Virus record (IMG/VR): IMGVR_UViG_2721755720_000003
Strand: one strand, 5' to 3'
DNA length: 50,985 bases
Origin: a virus
Taxonomy: Duplodnaviria; Heunggongvirae; Uroviricota; Caudoviricetes
Position numbers and translations under genes: made by a program. A model generated the notes under the pieces. It was given only the letters and a program-made list of their open reading frames with translations. It had not been told where the DNA came from and did not search any database. Below, piece by piece: positions 11,424-21,833 of the stretch. Positions within the stretch are counted from its first letter, which is position 1; each line of letters starts with the position of its first letter.

Positions 11424-14400
11424 TTAACATTCCCCCATCACGTCGCATATTTAACAGATTGCCCTGCACCCGCTGATCAACCATCCCCATAAGTGCTTTT
11501 ATTGCCTGAGGGCCAATCTCTCCATTCTGGCCGTCATTTTGAATAGTGATTTGGTATACAGGGGCATAGGTAATATCTCCGCCTCCATTACCACTTTTAC
11601 TATTAATAGCTCTGACACCAAGAGAACCATCGGAAGTTCGTGTTAATGGCATAATGGCTTCCGGACCAGCCTCACCAAAAACACCAGCCCCTTTTGCAAA
11701 AGCAAAAAATTGCGGGGAATCATAAATACCGTTCGAATACGTGTTCAATGACGGAGACTCATAAACACCGCCCTTTGCATTCGGAATAAATTTACTAATA
11801 GCACTCCCGATAGTTCCTAAAATCCCCCCCGAAGAACTGTTACTAATGCTGTCGAAAATCCCAGTAATTGAAGCCTTTAATGCTATTCGACTAAGATCCG
11901 AAATCACGGAAGTAGCGAAAGAACGAAAATTTGCCTTGCCTGTCGTGACAAAATCACCCAGCGCATCGGTCATTCCATCAAACATCTGAGTCGTGGTTGA
12001 TTTTATCTGCTCACTGATATCCTTAGTGTCATCCAGCCAGTTATTGAATCCCTGGGAGGCACCACTAACCCAGTCTCCTGCCTGAATATCGAGCTGCTCG
12101 TTTTTCTGTCTGACAATTTCTTTTTCTCGTTCCAGAGCATCATTCAGAGCCTGCATTTTCTCCTGAAAAACATGATTTGACATCCCACGGGATTTATCTG
12201 CATAGTCACGTTCAAGTTGCAGACGCTGATTGTTATATTCACGTTCAATCCGCAGTAATTCCTGCTGGCGTTGCTGATTTTTATCGCCAACCCCATAACC
12301 AGCAATCTGAATATCATACCCCTGTTGACGATTATCAATCGAAGCCTGCAATGAATCACGCCATGCAGCTATTTCGGCGGATTCCTTGATTAGCCTGTTA
12401 TTTTTTTCAATCGCAACATTTTTCTCCATCAACGCGGTTATTTCTTCCCGGTGTAAGAGAAGCGATTTCTGATCCTTGGTTAATTTCGATGACGGTCGTG
12501 ACTCCAGGTCGGCAATCTGCTGACGCCACTTAACCAGTTCCTGTTCAGAGGAACTTAATTTAACGGTTAATTCAGTTTGTGAACTTAGCAACGCATTCTG
12601 TTGATTCAGATGATCAATCATTCGTTGGGCAGCATCATCCGAATAACCTTTCGCCTTTGGTTGCTTTGGATCTTTATAACGCTCATTTATTTGAGCGATA
12701 AGATTATTATATTCTTCCTTTGAATACTGACTCTTTAGTTTTTCCAGTTTTGCAAGTTCACTAGCTCTCTGCTGCTCCCGGGTCTGATATTGTTTTGAAA
12801 AGGCATCTGCTCTCTGTCTGAGTTCAATTCCTTCCTGTTGTCGCTTGTTGTAATCGTTTATTGATGAATTTAGTACGTCCTGAGCAATTTTTTCTGCTTG
12901 AAGTACGCCCAATTGCTGCTTTAATCGTGCCAGCCTTTTATTTTGAGCTCCGCCATCTCCAATGCCACCTAACCCGAAAACTCCGGGTCGGGTATTTTTT
13001 TCTATTTCATCAATTTGACGGAGAACATCTGAGATTTTTTGATCAAGGGAGGCCTCACGGCCAATATCCAGCATGGAATCCCATGCCCATTTTGCGGAGT
13101 CTGCGACAGCTTTCCATGCAGTCTCAAGATAACCAAGATTTTCTTTAATCTGGTTGGTGCGCTGGATCATTGAGGATGAGTATGCTTCTGTCGCAATGCG
13201 GGCGGCCTCCTGCTGGTTCCCTTCATCCTGTAGCGCCTTAATCTGGTTATAAGTCGCAATTGTCAGAAAATGGTACTGATCATTAAGTTTTGATATGGCA
13301 CTGACAGGATCCTTTGCAATTTCATTGAAGTCATTAACCAGTTGTTCGGTTGATATTCCTGTTACTTCGCTCGTTTTTACTATCGCTGTCGTCACTTGCT
13401 CCAGCGAACTGCTCGCTACCTTTCCCGAACGCACAAGCTGGTTTAATACTGCCGCCGCAGCGCCAGTTGTCGAATCAGCCGCATTCCCGGCACGTTGAGC
13501 TATATCGGCCAATTGCCCGCTGGTTGTCCCCAACTGATTTCCGGTAAGAATAAGAGATTTATTAAATTCGTCCTGCTCCTGAGAGCCTTTATAGTAAGCC
13601 AGCCCTAAGACGCCAACGGCTGCTGCGGCCAGGGTAAAAGGATTAATTAATCCCAGCACATAAGAACCAACACCTTTGATCGCCGGGCCAATCCCACCGA
13701 ACATATCTTTTAGCTGGCCGCCCTGCTGCATTAACACCATAAAAGGCGACTGACCAGTGGACAACCCAACAACAATATCCGTCATTTGTGCAGGCAACAT
13801 GCGCATAGCAAAAGCCGTTTGTTTTGCCGACATTCCGGTTTTGCTTAATTGAGATTGAGTAACCTCAAGCTCACTCCGCATAGCACGAAGTTTTCCAGAA
13901 AGTTCCTCATACATTTCAGGAGAGAGCATCCCCTTAGCTTTTGCTTCATTGAGCTGTTTCTGTTGTTCTACCAGACGATTAAAAGCAGTTCCGACAGGGT
14001 CAAGTTGAGCAATCAGACGTTGCAAAGCAGCAACCTGTTCATCATGCGCTTTTGCTGCTTCTCGCTCTGCCTGAGCCTCTCCGGTAAGCTCTCGCCGTGT
14101 TTCCTGTATTTTTCGGCTATAATTCTCAAACTGAGAACCATTTATTTTCCCGGATGCAAACGCAGCATTAAGTTCATCCTGCTGTTGTTCAAGATTTCTT
14201 AGCGCCGCAGCCAGAGGGTCGATCTTGTCCAGCATTCTTTGAAAGGCCTGAGCCTGCGCTTCCTGCTGGGCGGCAGCAAGTTTTCCGGCCTTCTCGGCTT
14301 CTCTCTGCGCTTGCGCAACCCCGCTCAATTCCTCTGTGGTTTCATTAAGTTTACGGACAAGAAATTCATATTCTTCTTTATCAATAAGCCCTTTATCGAA

Positions 14401-14649
14401 AAATTTCTTTAATTCAGAATAGCGTCGACCGACAGTATCAATTGCGGCACCAACTGGATCAATAGCTGCTTTTAATTTTGCGAGCGCGTTCTTCTCATCT
14501 TCTGTTGCCTTAGTCACTTTCCCTGCGCTATTTGCAGCAGTTTCCCCGGCCTGCGTCATTTTGACTAATGAGGAGGTCAGATTGTCAGCATTATTTTTTG
14601 CTCCAGTGCTATCAATAATTATTGCGAGACGCGAGGTTTGCTCTGCCAT
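11416..14649 (-). CDS. H: Tail length tape measure protein
   Basis: 1077 aa, coiled-coil-rich with a C-terminal Gly-rich region; position downstream of G/GT. Confidence 0.9.
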   Translation of the reverse strand: MAEQTSRLAIIIDSTGAKNNADNLTSSLVKMTQAGETAANSAGKVTKATEDEKNALAKLKAAIDPVGAAIDTVGRRYSELKKFFDKGLIDKEEYEFLVRKLNETTEELSGVAQAQREAEKAGKLAAAQQEAQAQAFQRMLDKIDPLAAALRNLEQQQDELNAAFASGKINGSQFENYSRKIQETRRELTGEAQAEREAAKAHDEQVAALQRLIAQLDPVGTAFNRLVEQQKQLNEAKAKGMLSPEMYEELSGKLRAMRSELEVTQSQLSKTGMSAKQTAFAMRMLPAQMTDIVVGLSTGQSPFMVLMQQGGQLKDMFGGIGPAIKGVGSYVLGLINPFTLAAAAVGVLGLAYYKGSQEQDEFNKSLILTGNQLGTTSGQLADIAQRAGNAADSTTGAAAAVLNQLVRSGKVASSSLEQVTTAIVKTSEVTGISTEQLVNDFNEIAKDPVSAISKLNDQYHFLTIATYNQIKALQDEGNQQEAARIATEAYSSSMIQRTNQIKENLGYLETAWKAVADSAKWAWDSMLDIGREASLDQKISDVLRQIDEIEKNTRPGVFGLGGIGDGGAQNKRLARLKQQLGVLQAEKIAQDVLNSSINDYNKRQQEGIELRQRADAFSKQYQTREQQRASELAKLEKLKSQYSKEEYNNLIAQINERYKDPKQPKAKGYSDDAAQRMIDHLNQQNALLSSQTELTVKLSSSEQELVKWRQQIADLESRPSSKLTKDQKSLLLHREEITALMEKNVAIEKNNRLIKESAEIAAWRDSLQASIDNRQQGYDIQIAGYGVGDKNQQRQQELLRIEREYNNQRLQLERDYADKSRGMSNHVFQEKMQALNDALEREKEIVRQKNEQLDIQAGDWVSGASQGFNNWLDDTKDISEQIKSTTTQMFDGMTDALGDFVTTGKANFRSFATSVISDLSRIALKASITGIFDSISNSSSGGILGTIGSAISKFIPNAKGGVYESPSLNTYSNGIYDSPQFFAFAKGAGVFGEAGPEAIMPLTRTSDGSLGVRAINSKSGNGGGDITYAPVYQITIQNDGQNGEIGPQAIKALMGMVDQRVQGNLLNMRRDGGMLSG

Positions 14650-14812
14650 TTATTAAAACTCCAGACAACAAAAAGCCCACCGAAGTGGGTTTCAGGCGAC
14701 ATAATAGTAGATATAGCGATTACGAGGCCACGCAATGCTTTTCTCCAGGAGCATCATCGATTTAATTAAAGACACCATCACATCTCTGTAACAGAGTGTA
14801 CGTAATTAACAA

Positions 14813-15133
14813 CTACACACACTGATTCTGAAAATACTGGTCATCCAGTGCAAAGATCACTGCTTCAAACTCATCGCGCTCAATCAATACCGGATGAGTG
14901 GCTAAATATTCATTTATCTCTGTCAGAGATAAAGGCAAAGGCACCCCGGTCATTCCAGCATAACGTCGGGCACGGGATATTACCGAATAGGCGTACAACA
15001 ATTCCTTAAGCACCGGGTCTATTTCTGGTTCCGGTATCGGTGGCAACCTGAGTTTTTCTCGCTTCCATCTTGCCTTTTCCCCCCTTTCTCCCCCGAACTC
15101 CGATAACCACCGCTGGGCGGCTATGGCTTTTTT
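14813..15133 (-). CDS. T-frame extension of the G-T tail chaperone fusion, entered by -1 frameshift from G
   Basis: The -1 frame is open from the A_AAA_AAG heptamer at 15127-15133 down to the stop at 14813; the ORF track shows only the part from an internal TTG (15046). Confidence 0.65.
   Translation of the reverse strand, partial: KKAIAAQRWLSEFGGERGEKARWKREKLRLPPIPEPEIDPVLKELLYAYSVISRARRYAGMTGVPLPLSLTEINEYLATHPVLIERDEFEAVIFALDDQYFQNQCV
15127..15133 (-). other. Programmed -1 ribosomal frameshift slippery heptamer A_AAA_AAG (G to GT)
   Basis: Heptamer sits 6 nt before the G stop (…D T I K K P *); the -1 frame stays open for ~105 codons. Confidence 0.65.
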
Positions 15134-15358
15134 ATCGTATCCTGCTTCTGCTGCTCTTTACCCTGGGCGATGCTGGCTGCTTCTGCAAGGATCTGCCAGT
15201 ACAACTCTGGATTCTGCTTAAGCAGCGCGATCCCTCGTTCTGGCGTATATTCCAGTGCAACCTCAACACCATTAACCAGTTCACCAACCCCTTTCCAGTC
15301 TTTCAGCAGATAACGAGCGGCATTATCAATGAGTAAATCATCAACAGAATCCACCTCG

Positions 15359-15363
15359 GAAAC
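15359..15363. repeat. IS2 target site duplication GAAAC (left copy)
   Basis: Identical 5-bp direct repeat immediately flanks both IS2 ends. Confidence 0.85.
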
Positions 15364-15454
15364 TAGACTGGCCCCCTGGATCTCCAGACAACCAGTATCA
15401 CTTAAATAAGTGATAGTCTTAATACTAGTTTTTAGACTAGTCATTGGAGAACAG

Positions 15455-15820
15455 ATGATTGATGTCTTAGGGCCGGAGAAACGCAGACGGCGTACGACAC
15501 AGGAAAAGATCGCAATTGTTCAGCAGAGCTTTGAACCGGGGATGACGGTCTCCCTCGTTGCCCGGCAACATGGTGTAGCAGCCAGCCAGTTATTTCTCTG
15601 GCGTAAGCAATACCAGGAAGGAAGTCTTACTGCTGTCGCCGCCGGAGAACAGGTTGTTCCTGCCTCTGAACTTGCTGCCGCCATGAAGCAGATTAAAGAA
15701 CTCCAGCGCCTGCTCGGCAAAAAAACGATGGAAAATGAACTCCTCAAAGAAGCCGTTGAATATGGACGGGCAAAAAAGTGGATAGCGCACGCGCCCTTAT
15801 TGCCCGGGGATGGGGAGTAA
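15455..15820 (+). CDS. insC: IS2 OrfA / InsC (HTH transposase N-terminal part)
   Basis: 121 aa [24 protein letters not shown]…; A6G frameshift window at 15772-15778. Confidence 0.95.
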
Positions 15821-16683
15821 GCTTAGTCAGCCGTTGTCTCCGGGTGTCGCGTGCGCAGTTGCACGTCATTCTCAGACGAACCGATGACTGGATGGATGGC
15901 CGCCGCAGTCGTCACACTGATGATACGGATGTGCTTCTCCGTATACACCATGTTATCGGAGAGCTGCCCACGTATGGTTATCGTCGGGTATGGGCGCTGC
16001 TTCGCAGACAGGCAGAACTTGATGGTATGCCTGCGATCAATGCCAAACGTGTTTACCGGATCATGCGCCAGAATGCGCTGTTGCTTGAGCGAAAACCTGC
16101 TGTACCGCCATCGAAACGGGCACATACAGGCAGAGTGGCCGTGAAAGAAAGCAATCAGCGATGGTGCTCTGACGGGTTCGAGTTCTGCTGTGATAACGGA
16201 GAGAGACTGCGTGTCACGTTCGCGCTGGACTGCTGTGATCGTGAGGCACTGCACTGGGCGGTGACTACCGGCGGCTTCAACAGTGAAACAGTACAGGACG
16301 TCATGCTGGGAGCGGTGGAACGCCGCTTCGGCAACGATCTTCCGTCGTCTCCAGTGGAGTGGCTGACGGATAATGGTTCATGCTACCGGGCTAATGAAAC
16401 ACGCCAGTTCGCCCGGATGTTGGGACTTGAACCGAAGAACACGGCGGTGCGGAGTCCGGAGAGTAACGGAATAGCAGAGAGCTTCGTGAAAACGATAAAG
16501 CGTGACTACATCAGTATCATGCCCAAACCAGACGGGTTAACGGCAGCAAAGAACCTTGCAGAGGCGTTCGAGCATTATAACGAATGGCATCCGCATAGTG
16601 CGCTGGGTTATCGCTCGCCACGGGAATATCTGCGGCAGCGGGCTTGTAATGGGTTAAGTGATAACAGATGTCTGGAAATATAG
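15778..16683 (+). CDS. insD: IS2 OrfB / InsD (DDE transposase catalytic part)
   Basis: 301-aa ORF overlapping insC in the -1 frame; recognised as IS2 InsD. Confidence 0.95.
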
Positions 16684-16694
16684 GGGCAAATCCA

Positions 16695-16699
16695 GAAAC
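16695..16699. repeat. IS2 target site duplication GAAAC (right copy)
   Basis: Matches 15359-15363. Confidence 0.85.
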
Positions 16700-16918
16700 C
16701 TTTGAAATATCAAACTCCTTCGTTCCGACGTGCAAACTGGCATCCATTTTCTCAATGTGGCGACGGATTAATGCATTACGGGAGCGATACTGATCGTTAT
16801 CGCTGCTTGCCACCAACAGTTTTAACCCGTCTACAGGTTTTAAGTCCTTCATTGGCGTAAACCAGCGTTCTCCACCAATGATAATTTTCTGATTAAGAAT
16901 AAACATCCATAACCTCAT
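16695..16918 (-). pseudogene. G: Tail assembly chaperone G, 5' fragment (gene split by IS2)
   Basis: Starts 49 nt after the V stop with a GGGGGA RBS; the frame runs into the IS2 right end; reconstructed junction reads …DISKV-SEVDSVDD…. Confidence 0.75.
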
Positions 16919-16966
16919 TCAATGCGTCCCCCTGTAGGGCAGTACCACAGGAGGAATAACGGAAAA

Positions 16967-17929
16967 TCAACTAATCGCCTCAGCACTGGCTTTTGCGATC
17001 ACGGCAGCCGGGGAATTTTTTTTTCTGGTTATCGTAGGTGCTTCATCTGCTGCGGTAATGCTCAATTGAACCTGGATAATGTCGCTATTACCCCCATCAG
17101 GCCATTCACCTGACACCTGAACCTTCGGGAAACTGAAAGTGTATGCCCCCTCTCCATTCGAAAGCGTGAAGCTGAACGGAACTGTTTCTCCAGTCAGTGT
17201 TTTACTCCAGATTTCCCACGCGGCTTTAGACCATGAAAGCGTCACCGTACCGGACGGTGTAAAAGTAGTCGGAATATTTGCTCCTGCATAAGGCGAGCCA
17301 GTCCCGATACAACGCTGTGTCTGGAGTTTGTTATCGAACTGAATATCAAAACTGTCGATACAAAAACCGTTACCTCCGGCAACACCATTCAGGCTTACTG
17401 CTGAAACCTCCTTAAACGAATAACGTAGCTTTCCTGCACTATCCACAGGTTCGCCTTTGATAAAATTCGTATCATCGGCCTTTGATTCCCAGTCCAGTCC
17501 GGCAAAGGTTACGGTCGCTGTAATATCGCCGTCGTTAGGGATCTGCATTTTCCATGAGCCAACCTGCGCTCCTCTGACGACAGAGGCAATTCCGACATCG
17601 GACGCATAGGTCGCCAGAGAAAATGTTATTCGCTCATTCCCCATTGTCAGAGAATCGCCTGACCATTCCGCGCCGAAACAGGATGCAAGAAAATCATCAT
17701 GTTGACCCCAGCGAAATTTGGTACCAACATCACCGCCGACATCCACAGTGCCAGGCGTCGCCCCCTGAGCCATCCGGGAGCCACCAATCTCATTATTTTC
17801 GCCTTTATTCTGGGTGGGTTTTACTCCCCAGCTTGTGCGTTTTAATAAACTCCAGTCACCACTTGCTGGCGTAGTGCCTGCAACCGTCTCCCGGATAAAT
17901 GCCGAGATAACCTTTGCACCTGAACTCAC
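16967..17929 (-). CDS. Major tail (tube) protein, non-lambda family
   Basis: 320 aa; position between the tail terminator-like gene and G. Confidence 0.6.
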   Translation of the reverse strand: MSSGAKVISAFIRETVAGTTPASGDWSLLKRTSWGVKPTQNKGENNEIGGSRMAQGATPGTVDVGGDVGTKFRWGQHDDFLASCFGAEWSGDSLTMGNERITFSLATYASDVGIASVVRGAQVGSWKMQIPNDGDITATVTFAGLDWESKADDTNFIKGEPVDSAGKLRYSFKEVSAVSLNGVAGGNGFCIDSFDIQFDNKLQTQRCIGTGSPYAGANIPTTFTPSGTVTLSWSKAAWEIWSKTLTGETVPFSFTLSNGEGAYTFSFPKVQVSGEWPDGGNSDIIQVQLSITAADEAPTITRKKNSPAAVIAKASAEAIS

Positions 17930-17955
17930 AGGAGCCTCCTATGTCATTAATTGCG

Positions 17956-18348
17956 CTAGAGCGCGCGATATGGAATTTGAAGATTAAGCTGGAACCAGCC
18001 ATTCTTTTCGCCAACGGCTATTGAGGAAACAGCCTGGTAACTGAGACGATCGTCATCCTGAAACTCAAACAGTTCCCGCAATTTATCGGCTGTCTCAGTA
18101 ATGAGTTTTGAACCAGAACCTGCGGGGACAAATAACTGAATAATGATTATCCCCGTGCGATAAACAATCGGCCCCGCGCCAATTTCATTAACTCCAGCCT
18201 GCCCGGGAATATTACTTAACCGCGCCCAGATTAACTTACCGGAAGGATCGAACGTTGGCGCGTTCGGATACAATACGTCTTTTCCATCAATAATCGTCTG
18301 TGCCGTCATTCTGGAAATAACCGTATTTCTGATTTCAGTAAACTTCAT
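17956..18348 (-). CDS. Tail terminator / tail completion protein (U-like by position)
   Basis: 130 aa, immediately upstream of the major tail gene. Confidence 0.5.
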   Translation of the reverse strand: MKFTEIRNTVISRMTAQTIIDGKDVLYPNAPTFDPSGKLIWARLSNIPGQAGVNEIGAGPIVYRTGIIIIQLFVPAGSGSKLITETADKLRELFEFQDDDRLSYQAVSSIAVGEKNGWFQLNLQIPYRAL

Positions 18349-18725
18349 TTGTAAGCCTGTAAAACACCATGAAAAGCGTTGGCATACACACCAGTTGGCG
18401 CTTGTTGTGAATGACCGTTTTCAAGAGCCTCTGCATAAGGAAGGTTATTCTGGATATAAATAACCCCGTAATTTGCAGCTTTCGAAATAACCCCGATCCC
18501 ACGCTGAACAGCAATCGTACCGTTCGGATCCACGTTATCAGATATACCAAAATCGGGATGCTGTAACGACACCAGGTTGTTATTTCTGAAACGTCCGGTA
18601 TCAACCGGAGCAGCAATATCAATAGCAGTAAGAATCTGAATAGCGATGTAGCGAATCTTCAGCCCTACATCTTCCTCAATCATCCCGGCAAATATTGACG
18701 GTTCTATATCCCATGCCTTTGCCAT
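18345..18725 (-). CDS. Head-tail joining / neck protein (HK97 gp10-like by position)
   Basis: 126 aa; ATGA start-stop overlap with the downstream gene. Confidence 0.45.
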   Translation of the reverse strand: MAKAWDIEPSIFAGMIEEDVGLKIRYIAIQILTAIDIAAPVDTGRFRNNNLVSLQHPDFGISDNVDPNGTIAVQRGIGVISKAANYGVIYIQNNLPYAEALENGHSQQAPTGVYANAFHGVLQAYK

Positions 18726-19109
18726 TTACGCTCTCCTTAACTGGATAGAGTAAACTGATGCGGAAGGATCTACACTTGCTGTAATTACCTCGTATCGTTG
18801 TAACTGCCTTGATACAGGATCATAAATCTCAATAATATGGTCGACAGCTGGTTTATCCGTAACCTCGCATACCAGAGCGGTTAATTTAAGGTCACCATGC
18901 AAAATATTAATCCCATCAATTCTGCCCAGCTTATAACGTGTCAACACGCCTCGCCCGGTATAGATTGCGGTGGATTCGCCGCCAGTTTCCGTCACAGGAT
19001 CCCAGTGCCGGTGCGTAACGTAAGAACCAGAAAAATCACTCACGGCGTCCGCTAAATCCTCATCAAAAGCAGCGGCAACCTCTGACTGAATCTCTTCACG
19101 AAGCCCCAT
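18726..19109 (-). CDS. Head closure / head-tail connector protein
   Basis: 127 aa; operon position in the neck cluster. Confidence 0.45.
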   Translation of the reverse strand: MGLREEIQSEVAAAFDEDLADAVSDFSGSYVTHRHWDPVTETGGESTAIYTGRGVLTRYKLGRIDGINILHGDLKLTALVCEVTDKPAVDHIIEIYDPVSRQLQRYEVITASVDPSASVYSIQLRRA

Positions 19110-19504
19110 TATCCCCCCCTCACAACCCTGACTTGTGAGCGACTAAGTCCGTACGGTTTCAGCAGTGCTATCGCAAGCTGTAAATCGGGTTCAAGCAATG
19201 CAGTGCTGTTTGCTGGCAACTCAGAAAATGATTTCGATACACTGACCCCGTCAGCCGACACGGCTTTACTGATAACAACGCCAGAATCATTTTTCTGCTG
19301 AAACAACTTACCGAATGAGGCAATTCTGGCTGCATATGCTCCCGCAAGTTTTACCTCTTCCGGAATACGGGATGGGTTAATTTTCAGGTTGAAGCCATTA
19401 AGCCAGGCATTAGCCATTAAAACAGCTTTATTTTTAGCGTTCTCACTCGTCCAGGCGTTCCCAAACGCATTATCAACGTCATCACAGGTCACGTAAGTGA
19501 TCAT
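19109..19504 (-). CDS. Head-tail adaptor (gp6-like) protein
   Basis: 131 aa; first gene of the neck cluster after the capsid gene. Confidence 0.45.
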   Translation of the reverse strand: MITYVTCDDVDNAFGNAWTSENAKNKAVLMANAWLNGFNLKINPSRIPEEVKLAGAYAARIASFGKLFQQKNDSGVVISKAVSADGVSVSKSFSELPANSTALLEPDLQLAIALLKPYGLSRSQVRVVRGG

Positions 19505-19507
19505 GTG

Positions 19508-19684
19508 TTACTCCTGAGTTTTCCAGCCCATAGCCTTCCAGTTGTCAACTTCATCAGGATGAACATTAGCGATAGTTGGTGCGCCGGGAAACATCTGATA
19601 ATCGGTCACCATAACCACTAACTCAATTTGCGTTTTTTGTGCGGCTTCACGCTGTGCTCTTTGCTCTTTAGTTAATCCGGCCAT
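19508..19684 (-). CDS. Small hypothetical protein (58 aa) between the major capsid and adaptor genes
   Basis: ATG at 19684 preceded by a G-rich stretch; below the ORF-track length cutoff; translation MAGLTKEQRAQREAAQK…. Confidence 0.3.
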   Translation of the reverse strand: MAGLTKEQRAQREAAQKTQIELVVMVTDYQMFPGAPTIANVHPDEVDNWKAMGWKTQE

Positions 19685-19726
19685 ATGCCCCCCATTAAAA
19701 ATGGGGCCGAAGCCCCGTTTGAATGT

Positions 19727-20866
19727 TTAACCAAGAATCAGACAACCATGTGCCGGCTTCACTGATGAAACACCCCATGCCAGTCCAACTTCATAGCGCA
19801 CCTGGCGATACTGACGATACAGTGCAATCTGGAACGTAATCCCTGAAATCGGGTCCGTAACATTCATTACATCATCAGCATTATCGCCACCTTCCGGCAT
19901 TGCCGGAGTACGGGATGCCAGCAGAAACGCGTTGCGATCAAACGCCATATTTGCCGTAAAGGCCCCAACAACTGTGATGGCAGTATCATCGGCCAGATCC
20001 TGACGCAGTCCGGGCGCTGCAAGAGTAATCAGATTGCTGGTCGCTGCTGCCACAACATACTGATTCGGATCACCAGCGAACGTAACAATCTGACCTGCAG
20101 AAATACTCCCCGAACCAGTATCAATGGAAATAAGAACATCGCCTTCTTTTTTCTCTCCATTCACGAGATAACCAGTTGCAGCAACCTTTGGCGCTCGTTT
20201 CACACCTGCCGAACTGTGAATATTGAATCCCTCCAGACGCCCCAACACGCCCTCACGCAGTAGCTGTTCAGTGCCGGATTCATTCACTTTAAACAATACA
20301 GACTGTTTTCCGCGCAAATTAGCAATGGCAGTGGAGCCAAGCACCATCTGCAGATCGGTTGTCGGTGCGCCGTTATCCTCCAGAACCTGACGAGCCAGAG
20401 CAGCATCAGAAAGATCATCTTTAACACCAAACGGCGTTGTCCCTGCGGTTCCCACGGCGCGGGAAGCACCGAAATACAACGCACCAAGATCAGCCTCAAC
20501 CTCGTTTGCAAGGGCGCGAAAAGCCTGCTTGAACTGATCAGCCAGAATGGTGTTGTAAGTCCCTGAAGGGCCAAGAGCCAGTTGTTCTTCACCATTCCAT
20601 TTAACCGGTGCCATTTTGGATTTAGTAATTTTCACATCAACAGTGCCAATATTTTGATCACCGGTATTCGGAGCTGACGGCCCCGGTACGATATCTTCGG
20701 TTTTCGCCTCAGGCGCAACTGGCGCGGTTACCGTCTGATCTTTTGCTGCGGCGTCAGCTTTTGCGTTTTTTGCTACCGCAGGGATAAAACCTACCTGCTC
20801 ACGGGATACAATATCCAGGGCGGTATAAATAGTCGGGATCAACCCGGTCAGGGTATTTCCAGCCAT
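19727..20866 (-). CDS. Major capsid protein
   Basis: 379 aa from the ATG at 20866 (AGGAATA RBS); the ORF track extends upstream through 31 extra codons; position after the scaffold gene. Confidence 0.75.
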   Translation of the reverse strand: MAGNTLTGLIPTIYTALDIVSREQVGFIPAVAKNAKADAAAKDQTVTAPVAPEAKTEDIVPGPSAPNTGDQNIGTVDVKITKSKMAPVKWNGEEQLALGPSGTYNTILADQFKQAFRALANEVEADLGALYFGASRAVGTAGTTPFGVKDDLSDAALARQVLEDNGAPTTDLQMVLGSTAIANLRGKQSVLFKVNESGTEQLLREGVLGRLEGFNIHSSAGVKRAPKVAATGYLVNGEKKEGDVLISIDTGSGSISAGQIVTFAGDPNQYVVAAATSNLITLAAPGLRQDLADDTAITVVGAFTANMAFDRNAFLLASRTPAMPEGGDNADDVMNVTDPISGITFQIALYRQYRQVRYEVGLAWGVSSVKPAHGCLILG

Positions 20867-20964
20867 AATTAAATATTCCTTAAAAATTTGCGTAATTGTG
20901 AATAGATGGAGTAATGAGCTATCCAGCCCTGACACCAGCTCCCATCCGGAAGCTGACAAATGTG

Positions 20965-21729
20965 TTAATCAACAATTGTGATACCGTCTTTCAATGCGTT
21001 TTGCTTACCTGCAACATCCAGTGCATCAAAAGCAGAGCGTTTCATCGTTTTCTGACCAACATCATGCTGTGTCGGACGGGAGCCGCCGCCATTGTTGCCA
21101 CTGGCTTTCAGGATGTAGTCTTTCTGAGGGTAATTTTCGACGAGGAACTCCAGCGCCTCATCAAACTGCGCCAGTTCGCCAGGCTTCGCGCGGGAATAAA
21201 TTTTGTTGCCGGAAGCGTCATAAGCAACGATCTTCCCTTCTTCCACTTTGAATGCCTGCCCGAAGCGGGCTTGTAATAAATCTGCCGGGATCGCAATTTT
21301 ATCGGCAATATATTTTGAACCCGCAAAACTACCGCCAATCATAGAATCGTAAAGCTGCGTCTCCAGCATCTGAGAGCGTTGCTTTTCTTCATCTAATTGC
21401 TGCTGAAAATTTTTCGTAATTTCTGCCTTAACCTGGTCAACCTGTCCCGCATCGAGCAGCTTTTTCTGGTCGATTTTTGACAGCATTTCCAGTGCCTCGA
21501 TCGCCTTCTTCGGGTCTTCGATAGCGGCAAACTTAGCCAGTTTTTCCTCTGCAGCTTCTTTAGCCAGGCGATGATTTTTTGCCTCGCCATTAAGCTCTGT
21601 AATTTTTTTTGTCGCCAGCGGTGCATCGAAGCCAATTTCTTTACCATCGTCGTGCACATAAACTGGCAGGCCAGCAGTATCAATTTCTGCGTATTGTTTT
21701 CCGTTAATCTCGACCGTTTTCAGTTTCAT
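20965..21729 (-). CDS. Capsid scaffolding protein
   Basis: Charged, helix-rich ~254 aa between the head-morphogenesis and capsid genes; start taken at MKLKTVEINGKQ. Confidence 0.6.
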   Translation of the reverse strand: MKLKTVEINGKQYAEIDTAGLPVYVHDDGKEIGFDAPLATKKITELNGEAKNHRLAKEAAEEKLAKFAAIEDPKKAIEALEMLSKIDQKKLLDAGQVDQVKAEITKNFQQQLDEEKQRSQMLETQLYDSMIGGSFAGSKYIADKIAIPADLLQARFGQAFKVEEGKIVAYDASGNKIYSRAKPGELAQFDEALEFLVENYPQKDYILKASGNNGGGSRPTQHDVGQKTMKRSAFDALDVAGKQNALKDGITIVD

Positions 21730-21833
21730 ATTAGTACCTGGTTTAAGTCTTCCGACAGTTACGCTGCTCACCATCCGGATCGCAGCAATAAAAAAGGCCA
21801 CCCGAAGGTAGCCTGTTGTAATAAATGATTTAT

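Larger units (their letters stand above)
15121..15363 (-). pseudogene. G: Tail assembly chaperone G, 3' fragment (gene split by IS2)
   Basis: The ORF-track 107-aa ORF begins inside IS2; the authentic reading frame resumes at the target duplication and joins the 5' fragment in frame. Confidence 0.75.
15364..16694 (+). mobile_element. IS2 (IS3 family), complete 1331 bp with terminal inverted repeats
   Basis: Left end TAGACTGGCCCCCTG…, right end …TAGGGGCAAATCCA; encodes InsC and InsD; flanked by a 5-bp GAAAC duplication. Confidence 0.95.

Noticed and set aside
15121-15444. 107-aa ORF (and the 133-aa ORF at 16517..16918) taken as intact genes
   Set aside because: Both are chimeras: the first 27 codons of one and the last ~58 codons of the other are encoded by IS2 end sequence; the real gene is the split G chaperone
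15823-16254. 143-aa ORF on the - strand inside IS2
   Set aside because: Antisense to insD within a well-characterised insertion sequence; no known product
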